Translations under genes and position numbers: made by a program
The notes under the pieces: generated by a model
Seen by the model: only the letters and a program-made list of their open reading frames with translations
Told to the model about the DNA's origin: nothing
Database searches by the model: none
Shown: positions 8,954 to 20,761 of the stretch, in pieces
Layout: each line of letters opens with the position of its first letter
Numbering within the stretch: position 1 is the stretch's first letter
Assembly: GCA_965220135.1 (NCBI GenBank)
Contig: OZ244802.1
Location: 1,295,794-1,359,793, forward strand
Source of the DNA: Chloroflexota bacterium
GTDB lineage: Bacteria; Chloroflexota; UBA11872
DNA: 64,000 nt
Direction of reading: 5' to 3'

Positions 8954-11190
8954 GTGCGGGCGACCTCCGCCGGATGTAGTGGAGCCTCCACCGTCAGCGC
9001 GGTTGGCCCTCCTGGCTGAGAATCCACCTGCACGTGGCCGCCAAGGCGGCTGAATCTCTCCCGGAGACCGGCCAGTCCCAGGTGACCCACGGCCGCGTAG
9101 GCAGCCAGATCGGACGAGGCCCGAAAGCCGCGACCATCGTCTTGAACCGAAAGCCGGATGGCGTCAGCCGCGCACGTAAGGCGAATCCGAACGCGCGACG
9201 CCTGCGAATGCCTGAGCGCATTGTTCAACGCCTCTTGGGCCGCGCGGTAGATGTTCGTCTCCACGTCCGCGTCGGGTCGCTGAACGTCGGGAGTACCGTC
9301 AATCTGGAGGTCAATGGTGAACGGTGCGGCTCGCCCCGCCTCGTCCACCAGCCAACGCAACGCCGCTTCCAGTCCCAGGTCGTCCAGGACCGGCGGACGC
9401 AGGCGTTCGCAGATCTCCCGCAGGTCGCCCGCCGCCGTATCCACCAATTGCAGAAGCGCGTCGCGGCTGCGGTAGGGCCCGGGCGCGGCCGAGCGCAACG
9501 CACGCTGCAGCAGCACCAGCTTCTGCAGCGGCTCGTCGTGCAGGTCGCGCGAAATTCGCTGTCGCTCCGCCTCCAACATCCCGTTGACCTGGTCGTACAG
9601 GTCGCTCAGCGTCTGTTGGCTGTCCTGCAGGCGCTGCGCCGTCTCGTCGAGTTCCCGCAGACGGACCTGCAACTGGCCCCACAGGTCAACACGCACCATG
9701 AAACTGGCGAGTTGACTGGCCAACGCGTCCAGCAAGTCAGCGTCAGCCTGGCTGAGGCCGAACGACTCTTCGCGGATCGAGGCGACCACATAGGCCGCCA
9801 CCGACTCGCCGATCTTGCACGGAACGACGACCGCAGCGATTTCTGAGCGACCTCCGCCTCCCGCGGCCACGACGGCCGACTGCACTTGGGCATCGTCGGG
9901 CGTTGGGGCCAGGCTATTGAAGGCGATGGCCACAAGGTCGTGCGGCGGGGCTGCGCGGGTTACCGAAATCCAGTCGAGGCCGATAGCGCGGCGCACGGGA
10001 GCCAGGACGGACTCGGCAAGCTGTTCGACTGAGGTCGTGGACGCCAACGCCACGCTGGCCGTGCGCATCACCCGCTGCGTGTCGTAGCTATCCTGATACA
10101 CCCAACCGGACAACGCGTGAAGAACCAGCCAGCGCGCGAAGGGCATCGTCACGCCGATGCCAACCAGCGCCGCCGCCAGCGTCCACACGACCGGCAACGC
10201 CCCCGCGCGATCCGTCAGGTAGCGACCGATCACGCCGACCAGAAGCGCATAGAACGTAAAGAGCAAGATCCAGGCCGCGCCGTGCAGGAAAAGCGTTCGT
10301 AGCACGCGCTGGAACTGGATGCGCCAGGTCGGCACGGCTACGTGGACGGCCCCCAGCGCGGTGGCCGCGATGGCCAGCAGGGAGACCGAATAGGGAAGGA
10401 TCTCGGCGCCGCTAACGACCGCGGGCACAAGCGAAAGCGTGGTAGGCGGCAACGCCGCGGTCAGGAACGTGGCCAGCAACACGCGCGCTACACGGCGGTC
10501 ACGGGGAAACGTGATATCCAGCAGCGTGACCAGGCACTTGGCAAGGAGCGCCGTAAGCCCCAGGGCCGGAAGAAGCGCCAGCGTGACCCAGGCCGCGTTA
10601 TACAGCTCCGGCCGGCCTTGATATGACGCCACCAACACCGCGACCGGTCCTGCCAGGGCTGTAACCGCCAGGGCCGGGACGTACGGCACGATGAACGACG
10701 GTCCACGTATGGGAAAGACGGCCGCAAACCACAGCAAGGCCACGCCCGTCGCGCCCGTCGCCGCAAAGACCAGCAGCGTCAGCGCGCCGTCGGCGTCCGG
10801 TGCCACCGAGCCCAGCGAAAGGGCGATGGCCACGGAAAACATGGCGGCGGTGGCCGATCTCAGCACTCGACGCCGTCCGTAGAGGGCGACAACCGCTCCA
10901 CCGGCCGCAAAGGCCGTCGCAAGCACCAACGTGGTAGCGCGCATGGCCGGATCGAGACCTGGGATCGGGATCGCCACTCCGGTCTGTGGATCGGCAAGCG
11001 CCCCTGCGCCGATCTCGGCGCGTAGCTCGACAGGCCGTCCCACAGGTTCCCCCGAAGGCCCATCCCAGGCAACCACTTCGCCAGCGCTAAGCCCCGCGCG
11101 CCAGGCGGACCCGCCCGGCGTCACGCTCTCAACCAGCCACTGACCGCGCTCGGCCGGTGCGACCGTCGCCCCATGCTCGAACGGCTGCAT
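8950..11190 (-). CDS. multi-pass membrane sensor histidine kinase (HisKA_3 / NarX-DesK type)
   Basis: About 10 hydrophobic helices are followed by the H-box RISRDLHDEPLQKL, the N-box EALNNALRHS, and G-boxes VQDDGRGF and GHLGLAGLRER. The coding region probably extends upstream of ATG 11190 (see finding at 11191..11280). Confidence 0.85.
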   Translation of the reverse strand: MQPFEHGATVAPAERGQWLVESVTPGGSAWRAGLSAGEVVAWDGPSGEPVGRPVELRAEIGAGALADPQTGVAIPIPGLDPAMRATTLVLATAFAAGGAVVALYGRRRVLRSATAAMFSVAIALSLGSVAPDADGALTLLVFAATGATGVALLWFAAVFPIRGPSFIVPYVPALAVTALAGPVAVLVASYQGRPELYNAAWVTLALLPALGLTALLAKCLVTLLDITFPRDRRVARVLLATFLTAALPPTTLSLVPAVVSGAEILPYSVSLLAIAATALGAVHVAVPTWRIQFQRVLRTLFLHGAAWILLFTFYALLVGVIGRYLTDRAGALPVVWTLAAALVGIGVTMPFARWLVLHALSGWVYQDSYDTQRVMRTASVALASTTSVEQLAESVLAPVRRAIGLDWISVTRAAPPHDLVAIAFNSLAPTPDDAQVQSAVVAAGGGGRSEIAAVVVPCKIGESVAAYVVASIREESFGLSQADADLLDALASQLASFMVRVDLWGQLQVRLRELDETAQRLQDSQQTLSDLYDQVNGMLEAERQRISRDLHDEPLQKLVLLQRALRSAAPGPYRSRDALLQLVDTAAGDLREICERLRPPVLDDLGLEAALRWLVDEAGRAAPFTIDLQIDGTPDVQRPDADVETNIYRAAQEALNNALRHSQASRVRIRLTCAADAIRLSVQDDGRGFRASSDLAAYAAVGHLGLAGLRERFSRLGGHVQVDSQPGGPTALTVEAPLHPAEVART

Positions 11191-11468
11191 CGCAACCGTT
11201 GTGGCCAGTACGAGTGCCGCGACCCACAGCGTCAGGCCGATCGCGAGGGGAACGACTCGGCGCGGCCGGATACGGGCCAGGCCACCCCGGCGACGATTCT
11301 CCGCGGCGAGCCACTCGCCGAGGCTCTGGCGACGTGTACGACTGGGCGGTCGAGCCAGCGGCCGGCCCCATGACAGCGGGCGCTCCCAGCATACGCCCGG
11401 AACCGCTGCCTACGTCGCTACGACCAAAACCTCAGCCAACCGAATGCGATTGGGCCCAGTGGTCTTCG

Positions 11469-12305
11469 CTAGACGGCCACCGTCGCCATCGCGGCCGGGG
11501 CCTCGTCGCCGCCCGCAAAGCCGCAGAACTCCTCGTAGTCGATCAGTTCGGTGATCGTCGGAGTGTCCCCGCAGACCGGGCACTCGGGGTCACGCCGCAG
11601 CTTCAGTTCACGGAATTCCATGTCCATGGCGTCAAGCAGCAGCAAACGTCCGTTCAGTGACGTCCCGATCCCCGCGATGAGCTTTAGCACCTCGGTGGCC
11701 TGGATCAGCCCGATCAGGCCTGGCAGAACCCCAAGCACGCCGGCCTCGGCGCAACTCGGCGCCATTTCCGGCGGTGGTGGCGTCGGGTAGAGGCAGCGAT
11801 AGCAGCCCGCACCCGGCTCAAAGACGGTGGCCATACCCTCGAAGCGCATGACGCTCCCGTCCACCAACGGCTTGCCGAGGAAGTAGGCGGCGTCATTCGC
11901 GAGATACCGCGTGGGAAAGTTGTCGCAGCCGTTAACCACGATGTCGTACGGCTCGAGGATTTCGAGCGCGTTGTCGGAAGTCAGCGGCTCGTCATGGCGC
12001 ACAACCGACACGTCCGGGTTCAAGCCTGTCAGCGTCGCTTCCGCCGAGGCCGTCTTTGGCATCCCGACGCGGTCGTCGCGGTGCAGGATCTGTCGCTGCA
12101 GGTTCGAACGGTCGACGGTATCGAAGTCCACCACACCCAGCGTGCCGACGCCGGCGGCGGCCAGGTAGTAGAGCACGGGAGAGCCAAGACCGCCCGCGCC
12201 GATCGCCAGCACCTTGGCATCAAGAATCTTCGCCTGCCCGGCCGCCCCTACTTCGGGCAGCAACATGTGACGGCTATAGCGTTGGACTTGCTCAACGGTG
12301 AACAC
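11469..12305 (-). CDS. moeB: ThiF/MoeB-family adenylyltransferase (molybdopterin-synthase adenylyltransferase-like)
   Basis: YSRHMLLPEVG, nucleotide loop IGAGGLGSP, DRSNLQRQILH, and two CxxC pairs (CYRC, CPVC). 278 aa with no fused rhodanese domain. Confidence 0.85.
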   Translation of the reverse strand: MFTVEQVQRYSRHMLLPEVGAAGQAKILDAKVLAIGAGGLGSPVLYYLAAAGVGTLGVVDFDTVDRSNLQRQILHRDDRVGMPKTASAEATLTGLNPDVSVVRHDEPLTSDNALEILEPYDIVVNGCDNFPTRYLANDAAYFLGKPLVDGSVMRFEGMATVFEPGAGCYRCLYPTPPPPEMAPSCAEAGVLGVLPGLIGLIQATEVLKLIAGIGTSLNGRLLLLDAMDMEFRELKLRRDPECPVCGDTPTITELIDYEEFCGFAGGDEAPAAMATVAV

Positions 12306-12335
12306 GATCGAAAACCCTCCAGGTACAGCCGGCGT

Positions 12336-12677
12336 TTAGTGGCCGGCGGGCGGTTCCTCGGTTTCGTAGCCGGCCTCGGCCCACTCGGTCATCCCGCCGG
12401 CCATGTTGTACGCATCCGCAACGTTCAACGCCCGCGCCATCTGGGTGGCGACCGCGCTGGTCTGCCCAACGTTGCAGATGAACAGCAGGGGCTTTCCAGA
12501 CGGGATGACCTCGGCGGGGCGCGCCAGGATGTCGTCCAGCGGCACATAATCCGCGCCTGGCATGGCCGGCGCGTGAAACTGGGTGCGGACGTCCACGACG
12601 TCCACCTCATCGTTTTCGATCATCTCCTTCGCCTTGTGAATATCGACGTCGAAGTCAGGCGATCCAGGCAGACCCAT
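12336..12677 (-). CDS. single-domain rhodanese (sulfurtransferase)
   Basis: Active-site loop LLFICNVGQTSAV with the catalytic Cys. ATG 12677 is preferred; the track ORF extends to a TTG at 12713. Confidence 0.8.
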   Translation of the reverse strand: MGLPGSPDFDVDIHKAKEMIENDEVDVVDVRTQFHAPAMPGADYVPLDDILARPAEVIPSGKPLLFICNVGQTSAVATQMARALNVADAYNMAGGMTEWAEAGYETEEPPAGH

Positions 12678-12831
12678 TGTTTGGCACCATTCGGGAATCC
12701 GGTCTACGCTCAAGCATCGCGCCGCGGCGCGGTCAGGTCAACGCGAAGGGCCTGAGTCCTGCAAGTTTCATTACTGACCGCAAGGGATACCGCAACGCTA
12801 TGATCGGACACGCCCTAGTGCCGACATTCCC

Positions 12832-14433
12832 GTGAACACCACCGAACTCGCATCCCAGCTTGCAACAACGCCGGTGCCGGCCGACGTCAGCGATGTCCTG
12901 CGTCGCCGCCTGGACCAGCTCGACGGGAGCCTGGACTCGGGGGATCGAATTGCGCGCACGTTGCGCCTGCCCTGGGCTGCGGCGAGCGTCGATCGTCCGC
13001 GATTCGCGGTCCTGCACTCCGACCTCGTCGAAGATCTTGCTATTTCCGAGCCGGTCGCCGACCTGATTTGCGACCACCTGGTCGTGCGCGAGCACCAGCT
13101 CGCGGCGGAGCCGGACACGACCGGCCCCCGCGCGCTGCTTTGCCTGGCCGGTCCGCCGGGCGTTGGCAAGTCGTACATCGCCCGGCAAATTGCGGAGGAG
13201 CTCGGGCTGCCGAGGGCGACAATCCGGCTTGATCGCCTGGGATCCCCCGACGAGCTATTCGGAAATGCGCATGCCCCCGGCGAGATCATGGGGGCGGTCG
13301 AGCGGATCGGCCAGACCGAATTCGTCCTGGTTCTCGAGGAACTTGACGCAGTTGGAGGGAGTTGGCCCGCGGCCGGGTCTCAGAGCCAGACCGCAGGCGG
13401 GAATTGGTCGGCAACTCGGGCGTCCCTGCTCAATGCCCTGACCGACGCCGACGCGAGGCGCCGCTTTCGCGATCGCTTCTTTGATGTTCCGTTCGATCTC
13501 TCGCGCGTTCTGGTCGTCGCTACCGCGCGCTGGTTGCCGGACATCCCGCCGCACGAACGCAGCCGGCTGGACATCGTTGAACTGCCCGGGTACGTGGACG
13601 ATGACAAGATCGCCATCGCACGCAACTCGCTGGCGCCGGCCGTGCTTGGCGAATACAACGTACCGCTGGACAACGTCACCATCGAGGATGATGCGCTGTC
13701 CGCGCTCGTCCGCAGCTACACGGTCGAGCCGGGAGTGGACGAACTCGACGGGCTGCTCCGCCAGGTCGTTCGACGTGCCTTGAGTAATCAAGCCTTGCGC
13801 GGGGATAGCGGACCGCTTGACATCCCCATCGAAGACTTCGGCGCCACCATCGGGCGACCGACACGACTGCGCGTTGATCGCCGTCGACGCGAAACGCCGG
13901 GCCAGACCGCGGCTGCCGTCGTGCGGCGCAGCGGCGGCGTGCTCGGACACGTTGAAGCCGTGCAAATGCCTGGCTCCGGGCAGATTCGAATTCTGGACAC
14001 CGCGGGCGCGGACCTGACGGCACGCTACCGGATCGTCCCCTCATACGTGCGCTCGCGACTCTCGGATCTGGGCGTGTCCGCCCGGTCGCTCGAAGAGTTC
14101 GACACGGACCTGATGCTGCCCGCGAGCGAACTGCCCGGCGACGAAGGCTCGCTCGCCCTCGCCGCGACAATCGCCATGGTCTCGCTGATGCGAGACCGGG
14201 CGGCGGACCCTGAGTTCCTGGCCATCGGCGGCATGACGGCACACGGGCACGTGCGCCGCGCCGAAGGGGTACAGGCCAAAATCCTGGCGGCTCATCGCAG
14301 CGGAATCCGCCGCATCGTCCTACCGCGCCAGAATGAGCACGACCTGGACAGCATCCCTGAGCCGCTACACGACGCCATTACCTTCATCCCCGTCGACGAG
14401 GCTGGCCAGGGCATCAACGTCGCGCTTCGGTAG
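12832..14433 (+). CDS. LonA-like protease lacking the N-terminal substrate domain, with a degenerate AAA+ module (S16 family)
   Basis: Walker A CLAGPPGVGKS. The Lon proteolytic domain retains Ser (GDEGSLALAATIAMVSL) and Lys (GVQAKILAAHRSGI). Details are in the findings. Confidence 0.8.
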   Translation: MNTTELASQLATTPVPADVSDVLRRRLDQLDGSLDSGDRIARTLRLPWAAASVDRPRFAVLHSDLVEDLAISEPVADLICDHLVVREHQLAAEPDTTGPRALLCLAGPPGVGKSYIARQIAEELGLPRATIRLDRLGSPDELFGNAHAPGEIMGAVERIGQTEFVLVLEELDAVGGSWPAAGSQSQTAGGNWSATRASLLNALTDADARRRFRDRFFDVPFDLSRVLVVATARWLPDIPPHERSRLDIVELPGYVDDDKIAIARNSLAPAVLGEYNVPLDNVTIEDDALSALVRSYTVEPGVDELDGLLRQVVRRALSNQALRGDSGPLDIPIEDFGATIGRPTRLRVDRRRRETPGQTAAAVVRRSGGVLGHVEAVQMPGSGQIRILDTAGADLTARYRIVPSYVRSRLSDLGVSARSLEEFDTDLMLPASELPGDEGSLALAATIAMVSLMRDRAADPEFLAIGGMTAHGHVRRAEGVQAKILAAHRSGIRRIVLPRQNEHDLDSIPEPLHDAITFIPVDEAGQGINVALR

Positions 14434-14489
14434 GACTCCGTTTCTGCGCCGTTGGCTCCCAGTCGATTAGCCCGCGGACGCTGCGTTGC

Positions 14490-17528
<3,039 letters not shown>

Positions 17529-17532
<4 letters not shown>

Positions 17533-18725
17533 CCACCGCCTACTTCGACTGCCTCGCCGGCGCCAGCGGCAACATGATTCTGGGCGCGCTGCTCGACGCC
17601 GGCCTGGACAAAACCCGCCTCCTCGCCGAACTCCGCAAGCTGGACCTGCCCCCCTGGGAACTCCGTGACGAACGCGTCCATCGCGGCCTGATCAACGCCC
17701 GACTGGTCGACTTCGAAATCGAAGACCGCGGCCATCATCACGCCTACACCGACATCGACGCACGCATCGCCGCCGCCGACCTGAAGCCCCGGGTCAGAGA
17801 TGAAGCCCGGCAGGTCTTCCGCCGCCTGGCCGAAGCCGAGGCCCACGTCCACGGCACGCCCGTACACGAGGTCGAGTTCCACGAAGTCGGCGCTGCCGAC
17901 TCCGTCCTTGACGTCGTCGGGGCCGCCGTTGCGTTCGACCTGCTTGGCATCGACCACGTCGTCGTTTCCCCCATAAACACCGGCAGCGGCTGGGTCGAGA
18001 CAGCCCACGGACGCCTCCCCGTCCCCGCCCCGGCCACCACGCAATTGCTGGCCGACAGCGGAGCCGTCGCCTACGGATCGGACGTGAAGTTCGAACTCCT
18101 GACGCCCACCGGCGCCGCCGTCCTCACCCACGCGGCCGACGCCCACGGCCCCCTGCCCCCTATGCGCGTGCTCCAAACCGGCTACGGCGCCGGAACCGCT
18201 CGCCTCAGCATCCCCAACGTCCTCCGCGTAACCCTCGGCCAGCCCGTCGCGCCGCACCAGGCCGACACTGCAATCGTCATCGAAACCAACATCGACGACA
18301 TGAACCCCGAGGCCTACGAGTACGTCTCCGCCCGCCTCTTCGCCGCCGGCGCCCTCGACGTCTGGACGGTCCCCATCGTCATGAAGGGCGGCCGCCCGGC
18401 CACCCAACTCTGCGCGCTCGGCTCGAACGACGCCGTCGACGCGCTCATCGATTTGATCCTCACCGAAACCACCACCCTCGGCGTCCGCACCTACCAGGTC
18501 CGGCGCACCAAGCTCCAGCGCAGGAGCCTCAAGGTCACGACTCAATACGGCCAGGTCCGGGTCAAAGCCTCATACCTGCACGGAGCCCTCCGCGACGCCG
18601 CCCCCGAAGCCTCCGACTGCCACCGCATCTCCGCCGAACGCGGCGTCCCCTGGCGCGACGTGTACGATGCCGCTCGATCCGCCGGACGCGCCGCCGCGCC
18701 ACCCAGTCCCGATCCTGCGGAATAG
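17529..18725 (+). CDS. larC: LarC-type nickel insertion protein (DUF111 family)
   Basis: N-terminus YFDCLAGASGNMILGALLDAG, HEVEFHEVGAADSVLDVVG, and a C-terminal LarC2-like domain. It is a single uninterrupted 398-aa ORF. Its ATG overlaps the larB stop. Confidence 0.85.
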
Positions 18726-18737
18726 AAGGCGGAACCA

Positions 18738-19211
18738 ATGCCCCAACCCGATGCCCCGGTCGTCCCCAGCGCCCAGGGCGACGTCGTCCGAGTCACCGAA
18801 GCCGCCGTGGGCTCCGTCCGCGCCGACCGCGTCATCTCCCAGCGCGCCACCATGCGCCACACCCACGCCCAGCACGTCGAAGCCGACCGCTCCCTCATGC
18901 TCATGAACCGCACCGACCGGCTGAACGTCACCCGCGGCGCCCTCGGCGGCGCCACCTCCGGTCGAACCCAGGTTCGCAACGCCGCCATGGGCGTCAACGT
19001 CAGCGGCAACGCCAGGCTCGAGAACGTCGCCGCCAGTTGGGTCGTCGCCGGCAACGTCCAGGCCGACCGCGTCCTCAGCCTGGCCGTGGTTGGCGGCAAC
19101 GTCTCCGGCAACGTCCGCAGCCTCTTCGGTACCCGCGCCGCCATCGCCTTCGGCATCGCCCTCGGCGTGTCATCCCTGGCCGCGCGCCTGATCAGTCGCC
19201 TCCTGCGCTAG
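18738..19211 (+). CDS. hypothetical repeat-rich protein with a C-terminal TM anchor
   Basis: 157-aa ORF starting 12 nt after larC. It has recurring V-x-A-D-R-V and G-N-V-x-G-N motifs and a C-terminal hydrophobic helix AAIAFGIALGVSSLAA. I recognise no family. Confidence 0.5.
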   Translation: MPQPDAPVVPSAQGDVVRVTEAAVGSVRADRVISQRATMRHTHAQHVEADRSLMLMNRTDRLNVTRGALGGATSGRTQVRNAAMGVNVSGNARLENVAASWVVAGNVQADRVLSLAVVGGNVSGNVRSLFGTRAAIAFGIALGVSSLAARLISRLLR

Positions 19212-19217
19212 CGGCTC

Positions 19218-20234
19218 CTAAGGCAGCGGCAACTCCACCGGCCGCCCCTCGGCCGCCGAAATATCCGCCGCAAGACACGCCTCGTGCGTATTGATCGAGT
19301 TCGCCAGGCTCACGTGCGACTCTTCGCCCCGCTCGATGCAATCCAGCAGGTGCGACACCTCGCCCTGGAACGGGTGGTGAGACACGTCGCCGCTGTCCGG
19401 GAGCACCGTCGGAATCTCCGCGTAGTCGGTCTGACTCGGTAGCGTCCTGCTGAAAATCCGGTTATCCAGCATCGTCCCCTGGTCGCCGTACAGCGAGATG
19501 CGGAACTTGTACGGCGCGGCGTCGTCCAGGTTCGATAGAGCCTTGCCCAGCGCCCCGTTGGCGAATTTGCAGATCATCACCGTCGTGCCCGGGTACTCGA
19601 ATCGGTCGCTGCCCGACACCGCGTACGCGCTCACCTCCACTATCTCGCTGTCCGTGAAATACCGCAGCGCGTCTACCGCGTGACAGCCCGCGTTCAGGAA
19701 CGACGAGCGCCCCTGCGCGGCCGTCCGCGACCACCGGTATTGCCCGTACCAGGGACCCAGCCCGTGCACGTAATCCACCTCCGCCATGAAAAGCCGTCCC
19801 AGCGCCCCGTTGCTCAGCTGCGCACGAATCACGTCAAACAGCGGATTCCAGCGCAGCACGAAACTCACCACCGTTCGCACACCGGCTTCGTTCACGGCAT
19901 CGCGCATGGCCCGCAGGCTCTCCAGATCGAGCGCGGCTGGCTTTTCGATCAGCACATGCTTTCCAGCGCTGGCTGCCGCGATCGTGTTCGTCGGATGTAG
20001 GTCGTGCGGTGTGCATACCGCAACGACGTGAACGTCATCGCGGCCGAGAACCGAGTCCAGGTCAGTTTCTATGAGCGCGCCAGGCTGACCCGTCTCTTGG
20101 GCAACGCGCATGGCGGACTCCGCTCGCCGGCTCGAAATCGCAACCACACGGGCACGCGGATCGGCGTCAAACGCCCGCACGTGCTCAGCGGCCACCCAGC
20201 CGGCTCCATGCACTGCGACACCGTAGGTCTGCAC
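19218..20234 (-). CDS. Gfo/Idh/MocA family oxidoreductase
   Basis: Rossmann start YGVAVHGAGWVAAEHV, a VLIEKP motif, 338 aa. Confidence 0.8.
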   Translation of the reverse strand: MQTYGVAVHGAGWVAAEHVRAFDADPRARVVAISSRRAESAMRVAQETGQPGALIETDLDSVLGRDDVHVVAVCTPHDLHPTNTIAAASAGKHVLIEKPAALDLESLRAMRDAVNEAGVRTVVSFVLRWNPLFDVIRAQLSNGALGRLFMAEVDYVHGLGPWYGQYRWSRTAAQGRSSFLNAGCHAVDALRYFTDSEIVEVSAYAVSGSDRFEYPGTTVMICKFANGALGKALSNLDDAAPYKFRISLYGDQGTMLDNRIFSRTLPSQTDYAEIPTVLPDSGDVSHHPFQGEVSHLLDCIERGEESHVSLANSINTHEACLAADISAAEGRPVELPLP

Positions 20235-20317
20235 GTTTGGGCCTCCGAGATCGGGTCGGAGATTCTACTTTCAGAGTCAGCCCCGCATAATCTGCTCGGC
20301 TACACAGGAGAAGCTGC

Positions 20318-20761
20318 GTGTTCGAGGAAGAATTCCGCACCTACGACATCGATGTGCCCGAAGTCCGCGCCCTGCAACGCGCAATGCCGCAGGAAACCTT
20401 CGCGCTGGTGGAAGGCTTGATGGGCCGCTGGCAGCAGGCCGGCATGCCCCTACGCCCCGCCCGCCGTGGCTTCGCCTTCCAGGCCCCCCACGGCGAACGC
20501 CTCACGACCGTCGCCTGGGTCTATGCCCCCGACCGCCGGCACCCGGTGGCGCGCGTCGAGGTCGCCCTTGATCTGCTGCGGCGACGAGGCGTGGACGCCG
20601 AGCAGATCGACGGTCTGCGCGACGATCTGACCCGCTTCCCAACCCACGTTCCCGGCGATTCCGAATCGCTGGTTGAGCTACCGCTCACCGTTGCATTGGG
20701 CGGCGCCGACATGGAACGCCTGGCCTCGGCCTTGGTGCAGTTCGGCCTCTCGCTCGCTTGA
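20318..20761 (+). CDS. hypothetical protein
   Basis: 147-aa ORF with coding-like composition. Its stop overlaps the TTG start of the downstream MFS gene (TTGA). No recognisable motif. Confidence 0.5.
   Translation: MFEEEFRTYDIDVPEVRALQRAMPQETFALVEGLMGRWQQAGMPLRPARRGFAFQAPHGERLTTVAWVYAPDRRHPVARVEVALDLLRRRGVDAEQIDGLRDDLTRFPTHVPGDSESLVELPLTVALGGADMERLASALVQFGLSLA

Noticed and set aside
11469-14433. MoeB (E1-like), rhodanese and Lon-like protease as a ubiquitin-like conjugation or defence module.
   Set aside because: No Ubl/beta-grasp, E2-like or JAB/DUB gene is present. MoeB has the ordinary housekeeping architecture with two CxxC pairs. The adjacency is only divergent.
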